A stretch of 32,000 nt of DNA, from positions 90,001-122,000 of the forward strand of contig JAUWKS010000002.1 of assembly GCA_030614005.1 (NCBI GenBank), in the 5' to 3' direction. The translations under genes were made by a program, and so were the position numbers. This stretch comes from Candidatus Heimdallarchaeota archaeon. Lineage in GTDB: Archaea; Asgardarchaeota; Heimdallarchaeia; JABLTI01. The notes under the pieces were generated by a model, which saw only the letters and a program-made list of their open reading frames with translations, did no database searches and was not told the DNA's origin. This document shows, piece by piece, positions 18,187-28,690 of the stretch. Each line of letters opens with the position of its first letter. The stretch's first letter is position 1.

Positions 18187-18486
18187 AGTTTTTTCCAACC
18201 TTTTTTTCTGGTAACACATTATTTTACATTCACTAAAAAAAAGCTTTCTAAATAACAAAAATGCTTCTTTTTGGCAATCTTTACGTCTTTAAGATTCGCT
18301 TTAGCTATTATTAACATAATAACATATTTTTAACTTTTGATTTAGCACTAGTGAATTACCTTGAAAAACCAAGTCTTTGGAGTTCTAAGGAAGTTTATCA
18401 GAACTAAAATTTCTTTTTTTTCGAATGCAAACCTTTTTTAGTTTTTTTTACCTCCTTGTCTATATACTAACTATAGTTCGGAGCTG

Positions 18487-19299
18487 TTGATAAAAATGGT
18501 TAAACCCGGTTCAATTATCGGTGGATTTATTATTGCAATTTCAATTGCATTACAAGTAGTTACCCTGTTGGAAATTGCTCAATTTTGGTGGTTATTATTC
18601 ATCTGGGGATCTGGAATTATTGCAGGCGGATTTTATATTTGGGGTGGTACCGCTTTTAGCGAAAATGAAAAAATGGAGCACTTCACGATATCTGGTATTG
18701 GATTTGGTGCGATTATTTCTCTTACGATTTATTTCATACTCTTCCAATGGGATAATATTGTAGATAGCCTTGCACTTGCAAATGATAACTGGGTTATTGG
18801 TGCAGTAGGATTTTCCACCATAGCGGCAATTATGGCTGCGGCATCCTTCTTATTCATCATAACAGGCACAAACAAACAAATGAAAGGTGTAAAACCAGGT
18901 GCCATTATTGGTGGTATTTTAATTAGTCTTTCTTTGACCTTACAAATTGTTGTTGTAATACACATTAGAAAGGCATATTGGTTACTAGTATTCTGGTTTG
19001 TAGGATTAATTGGTGCTATTGCACTCAGCACAGGTGCTCGAGCACGCGGCTATAATAGTCCAACATCATTTGTTATCGCTGGAGTATTCATTGGCATACT
19101 GCTGTTTGGTGTACTGTATTGCACACTATCGAGCAATGCTATTAACGCAATAGATACAATGTCAGGGAACGCAGCTAGTGCACCATCGCATGATGGTTTG
19201 CCTACATGGTTGGCACCATTGCTTTCTTTTGTTTCAGGAGTAGTAGCTTTTATGGGAGTACTATTTTCTGCAGCATCCCTCCCAAAAAGAGGCTATTAA
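18487..19299 (+). CDS. Membrane protein with internal duplication
   Basis: About 8 hydrophobic helices; VKPGSIIGG..LQ..WWLL is repeated as VKPGAIIGG..LQ..YWLL. Confidence 0.7.
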   Translation: MIKMVKPGSIIGGFIIAISIALQVVTLLEIAQFWWLLFIWGSGIIAGGFYIWGGTAFSENEKMEHFTISGIGFGAIISLTIYFILFQWDNIVDSLALANDNWVIGAVGFSTIAAIMAAASFLFIITGTNKQMKGVKPGAIIGGILISLSLTLQIVVVIHIRKAYWLLVFWFVGLIGAIALSTGARARGYNSPTSFVIAGVFIGILLFGVLYCTLSSNAINAIDTMSGNAASAPSHDGLPTWLAPLLSFVSGVVAFMGVLFSAASLPKRGY

Positions 19300-19455
19300 G
19301 GAAGTTTCTCTTCCTTTTTTTCTTTTCTTTTTACATAGGAGAGGAAACAAAGAAATTAAATACACTTGAAGCTTTTTTGAACGCATAATGAATTGAAGTC
19401 AAGGATACTAAGATTAGATAGTATTCTCTAACATTACATACTGTGAGGAAATGAT

Positions 19456-19971
19456 TTGCCCAAAGCAAAAAGTTGTCATTTTAAATATGGATGCCTAGGA
19501 GGCACCTTTGATAGGTTACATGGTGGCCACAAACTTCTGCTGGAAGTTGCTTTTGAATTATCTGAGAAAGTACTCATTGGTATAACGAGTGATAAACTTG
19601 CACGAAGAGGGAAAGAGGTTCCAGAACTTATTTATCCATTCGACAAACGGGCAAGCGATGTAAGAGAGTATCTACATTCCTTAGGTATAGTTGACGATAG
19701 AATAGATATCAGAGAGTTATCCAAAGCAACACAATATGCAGATGATAACCCCAACTTAGAAGTTATTGTACTCAGCCCTGAAACGTATGGCAAGCTTCTC
19801 GAGATAAATAATCTAAGACGGGAGAATGAAATTAAAGAGCTTGTTGCAATTGCTATTCCGTATTATAGAGACGAAAGTGGAAAAATAGTTAGCTCAAAAA
19901 CTTTTAGGGAATTAGAGCTCCAACTAAAAAGACAAATAAAAATGAAAAATGATGATGCTGAGCTTTCTTAA
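19456..19971 (+). CDS. coaD: Archaeal phosphopantetheine adenylyltransferase
   Basis: GGTFDRLHGGHKLLL, IGITSD, IVLSPET, IN..R, IVSS. Confidence 0.88.
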   Translation: MPKAKSCHFKYGCLGGTFDRLHGGHKLLLEVAFELSEKVLIGITSDKLARRGKEVPELIYPFDKRASDVREYLHSLGIVDDRIDIRELSKATQYADDNPNLEVIVLSPETYGKLLEINNLRRENEIKELVAIAIPYYRDESGKIVSSKTFRELELQLKRQIKMKNDDAELS

Positions 19972-19974
19972 AAC

Positions 19975-22743
19975 TCAGAAGAAATCATCAAGAGATCTAA
20001 TGCCAATTATTTTTTCAAAGGAAACACCAACTGGTTCCAAAACTTGTTTTAGAGTTGATTCCATTTGAGCTAGATATTTATCAATAGCAATATCAGAAAT
20101 ATTGGCAAGTTCTATTGGTTTAACACCAAGTCCACCTGATGTTTTCACAAAAGAAATCAAATCGCCGGCACCCAACTCTTTACCAGTTGTTTCTAGTAAT
20201 ATTCTAGCAGCTTTAACATGTTGAGGTGTTGTTTTAATGTACTGCGCAAGAGATTTGTTTAACTGTACTCGAAATACAAGGTCTTCAATGGGTAATTTTC
20301 TATTTTTGAGGTCTTTGTAGCATTGTTGTACTCGTTCTTCTATTTCCGTTCTTGCACCCTCAATATCCTCTTCAACCTTTATTTCACTTAAAATCTGAAC
20401 GATATCATTAAAGACATCTTTGAGGAAAGTTGGAGTATTTCGTTTTTTGCCCAATAATCCTTTGACATCAACCTTTCCATCGTGATACACACCAAGATAG
20501 TTTTTCTTTCTATCAGATAATGCCAAGTATCGGTAATTCTTTTCGACATCAAGGTCAATTTTGAGATGTTCATCACTCCATTGGATGAGCTCTTTTATTT
20601 GATCTTTTGTGGGACTTTTTAGGAAGACAGAATCGGTATCACCATAAATAACAGGAATGCCCATTTCCGTACATTTCGCAATGGTATCAGTAATAGCCTT
20701 TCTACCAATGGCTGTTGTTGCTTCTGCTAGAGGTGGACAATAAAATGGAAAATGAGCAGCACCAAAAACACCATAGGAAGCGTTAATAACGACTTTTAAA
20801 GCAGATTGAATGACATTATAAAAATTCCTAGTATTTTCATCAAGTGATTTATCTTTGGTTTTAGGTTTAAACCAATCAACTCTTATATCTCTAATAAAGC
20901 CAATCAAAATTGCCATAAGTCCTTTATTTTTGGTACAGACCCAGTGGTCTGTGTCCGGTATCATTTTCTTATTCTTTTGGCAGCTTTCGTGCGTACAATT
21001 CATTGTTTCATAAGAGAGATTCCAGATTTTGATAATACTTGGATACAGGCTTGCAAAATCCAAAACGGTAACATCAAAATGAATACCTGGCGAAGGAGAA
21101 ACAACAATAGCCCCTTTGTATTTCTTTCCTTTAATCATCGCGCTCGTTGTTGAATCACCCCGAGAGCCAATAATCTCCTCAGGACGAGGTATGAGGTAAT
21201 TTCTATGACGATGTTCAGAGAAGAGCCAGTTTCGTATCCAAGTAGAAACTGCTTGGCGTGTTATGTCCTCAAAAGGCATGCCAGTTATACGCATAAGCAT
21301 AATTATTAAGCGCATTGTAAGGCTGTCATTAAAAGTAGTTAATTCGAGAGTAATTTTACTATCCCAATAATTATAGTAAGCAAGCTCATAACAATTTAAC
21401 AGACCGATGTCTTTATCCAATGTAACTTTGTGATTCTGAAGCAAAGCAGAGGTAATAGCATCTAAAGAACTAACATTATATTTACCACCATAGGCATACA
21501 CTTTGATTGCCGCTTGATTGAAAAATTTGTAAGCGTCAAAATGAATGGCATTCCGAATGGAATAGTAATCTCTATTTTCAATTAATGGATTATCTTTAGA
21601 GTCTATTTTCAAACGATTCGCTCGGTTCCGAAGATAAGGTAAATCAAAATTATCACCATTGAATGTTATAATAACAGGGTAGTCTTTCATTAACAGGAAC
21701 ATTTTCAGAAGAAGCTCTTTTTCATCGTCAAAGAATTCCACCTTAACATCAGGAGCAAGCTCCTTTGGACGAGTGCCACGAGAAACATCATCTCGTTGTA
21801 AAACAAGAACAAATTTAGCACCATCATTACCCACTAATGAAACGGAAATCACTTTTTCGAGGGCTTTTGTAGGATCAGCAATTCGATCCATGTTTTTAGT
21901 ATATACTTCAATATCAATTGCTGCGCGCTTGATGTGGGGGACTCGAGTTAAAAACAAAGGCAAATAAATAGGAATAAGCTCTTGCACTTCTTTGGGAGAA
22001 TCTTTGAATAACTCTTTGATTTGAGCTTCAACTTTTTTGTCTAACTTTTGAACAGCGGGCTCCAGATGACCATCTTTTAATTGATAAAACATTCCCGGAT
22101 AAAGCTTCAAATCATACAAGTAGTTCTTATGATAACGAATATTTGCTTCCCAAGCAGCAGGCAACTTTTCTCGGAGACTATCATATCTACCACCGATTGC
22201 TAAAGGGTCAGTAACGACTATTTTAGTCATATTTACATCTTTGTCAGTAAGTAGATTTTTCATTTGAACTTTCTTGTAGGCGACGATTTTCTTAAAATTC
22301 TTAACAGAAGAAATTTGTTGTAGTTGCTCTACGGTTAAATCTGTAAGCAAATAGGGTTTATGGCCAGTACTATCATAATAACCAATTAAGCGATTAGATC
22401 GCTCATCTAGTAAATAGAGAAATCCTTTGCCACTTTTTCCTTCATAGATAGACTGGAAAAGACAACTAGGGGGAGAATTTTTTGGACAGTACTCTACAGG
22501 AGCACCCTCATGGATAATCTCAACATCTGCATCAACACCCTCTTTCTCAAATTCAGAGATATCATCCGCCTCCTCTGAATCAACAATAGCTTTTGACGAA
22601 GCTGGTTCCTGATCTTTAGGGGAAGAGCTGCTAGGTTGTTTCTTTTCTTTTTTGAGAGATTCTTTTTTCTTCTTGTCCACTTTCGCTTCTTTTTTGGATG
22701 CTGCACCAAAAAATGAGTCCAAGGAAGGTTGTTCTTTTGACAT
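19975..22743 (-). CDS. polB1: Family B DNA polymerase, B1 type
   Basis: IDIEV, FNGDNFD, DFASLYPS, INASYG, YGDTDS and KKNY; WEANIRYHKNYLYDL..YPGMFY resembles crenarchaeal PolB1. Confidence 0.95.
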   Translation of the reverse strand: MSKEQPSLDSFFGAASKKEAKVDKKKKESLKKEKKQPSSSSPKDQEPASSKAIVDSEEADDISEFEKEGVDADVEIIHEGAPVEYCPKNSPPSCLFQSIYEGKSGKGFLYLLDERSNRLIGYYDSTGHKPYLLTDLTVEQLQQISSVKNFKKIVAYKKVQMKNLLTDKDVNMTKIVVTDPLAIGGRYDSLREKLPAAWEANIRYHKNYLYDLKLYPGMFYQLKDGHLEPAVQKLDKKVEAQIKELFKDSPKEVQELIPIYLPLFLTRVPHIKRAAIDIEVYTKNMDRIADPTKALEKVISVSLVGNDGAKFVLVLQRDDVSRGTRPKELAPDVKVEFFDDEKELLLKMFLLMKDYPVIITFNGDNFDLPYLRNRANRLKIDSKDNPLIENRDYYSIRNAIHFDAYKFFNQAAIKVYAYGGKYNVSSLDAITSALLQNHKVTLDKDIGLLNCYELAYYNYWDSKITLELTTFNDSLTMRLIIMLMRITGMPFEDITRQAVSTWIRNWLFSEHRHRNYLIPRPEEIIGSRGDSTTSAMIKGKKYKGAIVVSPSPGIHFDVTVLDFASLYPSIIKIWNLSYETMNCTHESCQKNKKMIPDTDHWVCTKNKGLMAILIGFIRDIRVDWFKPKTKDKSLDENTRNFYNVIQSALKVVINASYGVFGAAHFPFYCPPLAEATTAIGRKAITDTIAKCTEMGIPVIYGDTDSVFLKSPTKDQIKELIQWSDEHLKIDLDVEKNYRYLALSDRKKNYLGVYHDGKVDVKGLLGKKRNTPTFLKDVFNDIVQILSEIKVEEDIEGARTEIEERVQQCYKDLKNRKLPIEDLVFRVQLNKSLAQYIKTTPQHVKAARILLETTGKELGAGDLISFVKTSGGLGVKPIELANISDIAIDKYLAQMESTLKQVLEPVGVSFEKIIGIRSLDDFF

Positions 22744-22936
22744 TTATTCGCCTCTTCAATCTAGGAAGTACAATCTTATAATGACAATCCCATTTTACTG
22801 TAGAAATGAAATTAACTGTCTTATAGTTTAGTCTATCCCTTTTTAGATTTTTCACTAAAATGTTCTTGCGGAGTTATTTAGAGGACGCGTATTCGCTAAA
22901 AAGCGGTCTTTAAATTACTTTATCAATTATTCTAAG

Positions 22937-23392
22937 TTGAGAGAAATGAAAAACGACCAAAGCTCAGATTTAGGGTTTATTCTATTCTTGATTTTTGCAG
23001 GGATAATGCTTATACCGTTATATTTTGGTGTGAGGGATATCGCTGAATTAATACGAATAGGAAAAATAGCGCTCATCATAGTAGTAGTTTTGGCAGTTAT
23101 AATATGTGGTGTAATAGGTGGTTTCTACTTTCGACGGAAAATCAAAAATAGTAGACGAAAGAATTCGAAAGGGAAAACCAAAAATAAAAAAGAAGAAGAA
23201 TCATCGAAATTACATTTCAAGGGAAATGATAATGTGTCAATAATACGACCAACAATAGAAGATGAAGGATTCCTATTAGAAAATGACGAAATAATCGGAG
23301 AAACTATTGAAGAGATCATTCAGATAAATAATCATAAAGAAACAGAAGAAGATCGAAATTTAGAAAACCTTAATAGAAATTTCAATGGATAA
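22937..23392 (+). CDS. Two-TM hypothetical protein with charged tail
   Basis: Two hydrophobic helices followed by a basic then acidic region. Confidence 0.55.
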   Translation: MREMKNDQSSDLGFILFLIFAGIMLIPLYFGVRDIAELIRIGKIALIIVVVLAVIICGVIGGFYFRRKIKNSRRKNSKGKTKNKKEEESSKLHFKGNDNVSIIRPTIEDEGFLLENDEIIGETIEEIIQINNHKETEEDRNLENLNRNFNG

Positions 23393-23467
23393 AAAAATAG
23401 CTCTTATTCTTAATAAAAGAATTTTGTAGAGAAAAAAGCACAAGAAAAATACCTTAAAACATATACT

Positions 23468-24850
23468 TTGAGAAGATGGAAAATATATTTAATATGTAAT
23501 ACAATACAAAGTATCAGGGATTCGAAATTGGGATTGAGAAAACTAAATAGTACTGCAATAGTAGTAGTGATTGTATTAATTATCTTTTCAATAACTGGAA
23601 TAGCTATTTTCTTAGGGAATAGAAGTAAACCAATCACAATTATTGAAATAAATCATGTGAGCGATTTCTATCAAAGATATCATTTTCCTGGAAAAGGAAC
23701 GGAAGAAGAGCCTTACATAATTGAAGGATATAGATTGTCGGGTAATAAATACCATAACATCAAAATCTCATTAATAAAAGAGCATTTTATCATTCGAAAT
23801 TGTGTTGTGGAAAATTCAAATAAAGGAATTGAACTTATTGGATGTGAAAACGCAAAAATTATCAATAATACTATCAGAAACAATGATTTTGGAATTTGGA
23901 ACGGTGAGGGTATAATTAAAGGTAATTTGTTTAGTAATAATTTCAGTCCAATTGCCGGTTCTGTGTGTTGCAGAATACAATCAAATATCTTTAACAATAG
24001 CAAGTCAAATCCGAAGGGATGGAATGATGGAATCAGATTTTCTTCCTATGAAACAATAATTGAAGACAATATTTTCAATTCATTTGGCAAAGCGATAGTT
24101 TTGGATCGCGGAAGAGTAATTCAAGTAAAAAATAACTCGTTTAGGAATTGTGATTTTGGTGTTATTGTTAATGATGTTACGGACTGTAAACTAACATTTA
24201 ACACAGCGATAAATTGTACCACAGGGTTTACAATCATTCGAAGTGAAGAGATAGAATTATTACATAATAATTCAACAAAAAACAGAGAGAACGGATTCAA
24301 TATCGATACTGCTGAAAACTGCCTAATAGAAGGAAACAATGGATCAGGAAATGGAGACTATGGCATCTTGATGAAACGGATGACAAATGGGGATATACGA
24401 AATAATTACTTTGAGAGGAATAATGCAAGCGGTTTGTGTTTGTGGGTAGGGGATTATTATTCCATTAATAATAACTCTTGTAGCAATAACAACATAGGGA
24501 TAGAATTGAGCTGTGTAAATAATACTTCAATAAACTATAACAAAATTGAAACCAATAAAGAATACGGAATTGTAACAAGCGGTACAAATGCAACAATATG
24601 GAATAACAATTTCATAAACAACAATAATGACAATAACCCAACAATTACTTCGCAAGCGAAAGCAATAGTGAATGGAACAGGAATTTTTGATGAAAAATAT
24701 TATGGTTATCCTGAATGGTACAAGAAACAAGAAGAGAGAGGAAACTATTGGTCTGAATTAGTTTGGGCTATTGGAATAGAATATTTGATAGACCCAGGAA
24801 ATTGTACAGATAGCTATCCGCTTGAAAAACCAATAATGATAGATATATAA
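23468..24850 (+). CDS. Membrane-anchored right-handed beta-helix (NosD/CASH) protein, paralog 1
   Basis: N-terminal TM, G.GT...PYIIEG, Asn-rich parallel beta-helix repeats, GNYWSE..DSYPL; true start may be slightly downstream. Confidence 0.85.
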   Translation: MRRWKIYLICNTIQSIRDSKLGLRKLNSTAIVVVIVLIIFSITGIAIFLGNRSKPITIIEINHVSDFYQRYHFPGKGTEEEPYIIEGYRLSGNKYHNIKISLIKEHFIIRNCVVENSNKGIELIGCENAKIINNTIRNNDFGIWNGEGIIKGNLFSNNFSPIAGSVCCRIQSNIFNNSKSNPKGWNDGIRFSSYETIIEDNIFNSFGKAIVLDRGRVIQVKNNSFRNCDFGVIVNDVTDCKLTFNTAINCTTGFTIIRSEEIELLHNNSTKNRENGFNIDTAENCLIEGNNGSGNGDYGILMKRMTNGDIRNNYFERNNASGLCLWVGDYYSINNNSCSNNNIGIELSCVNNTSINYNKIETNKEYGIVTSGTNATIWNNNFINNNNDNNPTITSQAKAIVNGTGIFDEKYYGYPEWYKKQEERGNYWSELVWAIGIEYLIDPGNCTDSYPLEKPIMIDI

Positions 24851-25440
24851 AATCTCTATTATTTCATTAGTTTTTTTAGTAGATACTGTAAAAGTAAAGC
24901 TTCAAATGAACCACCTGTACAGTGACTTTTTTTTGTCAGTTATTTCAAATGAGTAACATAAGAATAAATTTCCTAAAAAAAGGAAACATTTATAACATAA
25001 TTTATGTACTTAATTATTGCTCTTTTTGAAAAGGAGCTGAGAGTTGGGAAATATGAAAAGACAAAAAAAACAGATAATTGTGGGATTATTACTTTCAATA
25101 ATCATTATTGGAATAATGAGTCCTTTAATTTCAAATGTTCGAGCAGCAAGTTATGCACTAGGTTACGTGAAAGATGATGGAACACGTGCAGGTATTGCTA
25201 GTGTTTATGTGACTGTTTATGGAAGATACGTGGATTCATATGGAAGGTTAAAATCCTTCTCAAGGAGTGGGTATACTAATTCATATGGTCGTTATTTGAT
25301 TACTCTCCCCAGTACAACCGTTTACACAAATGGATTAAGGGCTTCAAAAACAGGTTATGTTACTTACGATGGTAGTGTTGTAAATCCAGTTTATTTATCT
25401 GCGAAAGCTATCTCACTGCGCTTTACTGGTAAAGTTTTAG
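24780..25440 (+). repeat. Segmental duplication copy 1 (beta-helix 3' end, intergenic region, secreted-protein 5' end)
   Basis: Near-identical to about 28020-28690; boundaries approximate. Confidence 0.9.
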
Positions 25441-26668
25441 AAAAAACCGAAATCAATAATATTAAATATGTAAATTCAGGTACAAACACACTTACCTTAG
25501 ATTTACTCAATGATGGCCAAATAACAGGTTATTCCGATGTAATTACTGAGAAAATTATTTATGTAAGAATATATGATAAAAGCAACAATCTACTAAGGAC
25601 TGTATCATGCAATCAAGCAACAGGTTATTACGATACAGGTTCCTTCGGAGCACCAGCAGGAAATATAAAAGTCGTTATTACAGCAACACCCAGTGATATA
25701 AAACGATACAAAACAATAACCTACACTGAGGAATTTTTATCCACGAAAACAACTAATAAGAACTTCTATTTGGAGAGAGATTTAGGTGAAGTTTGGGCCT
25801 ATGGGGATGATGGAAGTTTTGATGATATTGATTATCATAAGCTAAAAGCCTATCATCCTAATAGTGGTGCCTTTTGGTTTGATGTAATGGACACGACCAT
25901 ACATACCAGTTGTCCTTCAACGATTGTTTATGAGCCTACTACAACAAAAACTACTTGGTCATGGTTAACAACATATTTTAATTGTAGAGGAACACAGCAA
26001 AACTTTATTGATAAAAGTCTAATTCGTGAAGCGAAAATACAGCTTTTTGTACAAAATAGATGGACAGATGATACTGATGTTATCAAAATGGGAAGAATTG
26101 ATAATCAACATAGTGAAGGATTTACAGCCGGTAACTTTGATTGGAATATTCAGGCATCATTGGGATATTCTGGATTGAATAATCCAATAGGCGGACAATT
26201 ACAACTATCGGGATCATATGAAGAGCCAGATGGAGTTATCCCTGATAGCAAGTCTATTGAACCAAAGGATAGAGTAAGAGAAGGAGATTGGACAGAAATT
26301 GGATGGATTACCATGGATTACACTAATCATAAGAAGTATCTTCAAAAATCATTACACACTCACTGGCAAATTGGTATTGATAATGAAAACTATTTGAATT
26401 TAAAAAATTGCGGTTCAAATATAAGATTCAAAGTAGTATATGGATTAAAATACAATCTTGCCAAGCGAATATATGGCAGAGTTGTTATGGCATACTTAGA
26501 TATGAACAAATTCTTGGTGATGATTGCGAATCTGGATTAACGTATACATGGCAAAATCTTTGGAATGATGGTGTGAAACTTGACTTTGTTGATGGTGATT
26601 ATACTGCTCAAGATTTTATGGTGAACTTATTAGCTGGTGAAGCATCAACAGTACCAATATCACAATGA
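25053..26668 (+). CDS. Secreted protein paralog S1, frameshifted near 26440
   Basis: Signal peptide ending VRA; carboxypeptidase-regulatory-like N-domain. The ORF at 26408-26668 supplies the C-terminus matching S2 (YEQILGD..VNLLAGE). Confidence 0.8.
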
Positions 26669-26780
26669 TGTACTTAATAGTTTGTTATATTTGATAGCAA
26701 ACTATTTTTTTCAATTTCACAAAAAAAAACAAATAAGATAAATTTTGGAAAGAGAATAACATTATATCTGAGGGATAGAA

Positions 26781-28091
26781 TTGAAAAACACAAAAAGAAA
26801 TAGATTATTTGCACTATTAGTTATCAGTCTTATTGTTACAGTTACAGGAACATCAATTTTTTTAGGAATTTGGTTTCGACCTATAAAAGTGATTGAAGTT
26901 TATGACAACAAAGATTTTTCACGGAAATATCATTTTCCAGGCAAAGGTTCGAAAGATAATCCATATGTCATTGAAGGATATACTTTATCTGGAAACAGTC
27001 ATCATAATATACTAATTCGAGATGTATCAAAATATTTCATAATTCGAAATTGTGTTTTAGAGGGATCCAACAAAGGAATTAATCTTCTAAATCTAGAAAA
27101 TGGTTTTGCGAGAATAGAAAACAATACAATTCAGAATAATGTTTATGGTATTCTTATAAAGTCATGTTCAAATTTTATAATAAAAGGAAATGATTTTGAG
27201 GATAATTCTAGAGGAATTGAATCTAGCTCAATTGGAAATGGACTTATAGAAGATAATGTATTTTCAAATTGTGGAAATCAAGGAATGTTCCTTGGTCCAG
27301 ATTATAACATAACAATTCAAAACAATATTTTTAATAATTGTCGTGATGGATTCATTATCTTAGATTCTAATTTAATTTCAATAAATGGAAATACATTCAA
27401 CAATTGTAGTAGAACAAGTTTTGAAGCTCAATATATCAATAACATCAATATTCAAGGTAATACTGCTGTGGATTGTGGAAGTGGTTTTAATGTTGTGTAC
27501 AGTGAAAATGTAATCTTTTTGAGGAATAATTTCACAAAAACCAAAGATTGTATATGGGCCAGCTATTCGGATACAGTAGTAATAGAACAAAATTATTGTA
27601 GGGCAAGTGACACAGAAGGAATAAGAGCATTTGGAATTTCTAATGGAAGAATCAGCAATAATACGTTAGTTTCGAATAACGAAGAGGGACTATACATCTG
27701 GGGTAGTTTACAAATAAAGGTAAATAACAATTCATGCTATAATAATACAATTGGATTGAAGGTATTTTGCTCGAATCTAATAGATATAACCAATAACACT
27801 TTCGAACATAATTTAGAATATGGGGTAGTAACCAAAGGAGCAAATGCTACAATATGGAATAACAATTTCATAAACAATGATTACACAAATATCACTACAA
27901 TAAACTCTCAAGCAAGAGTAGATGGAAATTGTACAGATTGGATAGGATTTCCTATTTGGTATAATGACGATGCCTTACAAGGAAATTATTGGTCGGAGTT
28001 AATATGGTATGAAGGAGTAGAATATTTAATCGACCCAGGAAATCACACAGATAGCTATCCGCTTGAAAATCCAATAATGATAAATATTTAA
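26781..28091 (+). CDS. Beta-helix (NosD/CASH) protein, paralog 2
   Basis: Same architecture and terminal motifs as paralog 1. Confidence 0.87.
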   Translation: MKNTKRNRLFALLVISLIVTVTGTSIFLGIWFRPIKVIEVYDNKDFSRKYHFPGKGSKDNPYVIEGYTLSGNSHHNILIRDVSKYFIIRNCVLEGSNKGINLLNLENGFARIENNTIQNNVYGILIKSCSNFIIKGNDFEDNSRGIESSSIGNGLIEDNVFSNCGNQGMFLGPDYNITIQNNIFNNCRDGFIILDSNLISINGNTFNNCSRTSFEAQYINNINIQGNTAVDCGSGFNVVYSENVIFLRNNFTKTKDCIWASYSDTVVIEQNYCRASDTEGIRAFGISNGRISNNTLVSNNEEGLYIWGSLQIKVNNNSCYNNTIGLKVFCSNLIDITNNTFEHNLEYGVVTKGANATIWNNNFINNDYTNITTINSQARVDGNCTDWIGFPIWYNDDALQGNYWSELIWYEGVEYLIDPGNHTDSYPLENPIMINI

Positions 28092-28690
28092 AATCTCTAT
28101 TATTTTCATCAGTTTTTTTAGTAGATACTGTAAAAGTAAAGCTTCAAATGAAGCACCTGTACAGTGACTTTTTTTTGTCAGTTATTTCAAATGAGTAACA
28201 TAAGAATAAATTTCCTAATAAAAGGAAATATTAATAACATAATATATATCATTGAATATGCTCTTTTTGAAAGGTGAAAGGAGTTGAGAGTTGGAAAAAA
28301 TGAAAAAACAAAAGAAGCAGATAATTGTGGGATTATTATTTTCAATAATCATTATTGGAATAATGAGTCCGTTAATTTCAAATGTTCGAGCAAAAAGCTA
28401 TGCACGAGGTTATGTGAAAGATGATGGAACACGTGCAGGTATTGCTAGTGTATATGTGACTGTTTACGGAAGATACGAGGATTCATATGGAAGGTTAAAA
28501 TCCTTCTCAAGGAGTGGGTATACTAACTCAAATGGTTATTATTCGATTACTCTACCAAGTACAACCGTTTACACAAATGGATTAAGGGCTATAAAAACAG
28601 GTTATGTTACTTATGATGGTAGTGTTGTAAATCCAGTTTATTTATCTGCAAAAAGTATATCACTGCGCTTTACTGGTAAAGTTTTAGAAG
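28020..28690 (+). repeat. Segmental duplication copy 2
   Basis: Near-identical to about 24780-25440. Confidence 0.9.

Noticed and set aside
22880-22912. Small hairpin CGCT-AAAA-AGCG between polB1 and the next gene
   Set aside because: Short and single-copy, with no supporting context.
28223-28232. Match to the copy-1 tail (AGGAAATATT)
   Set aside because: Only 10 AT-rich nt; expected by chance.
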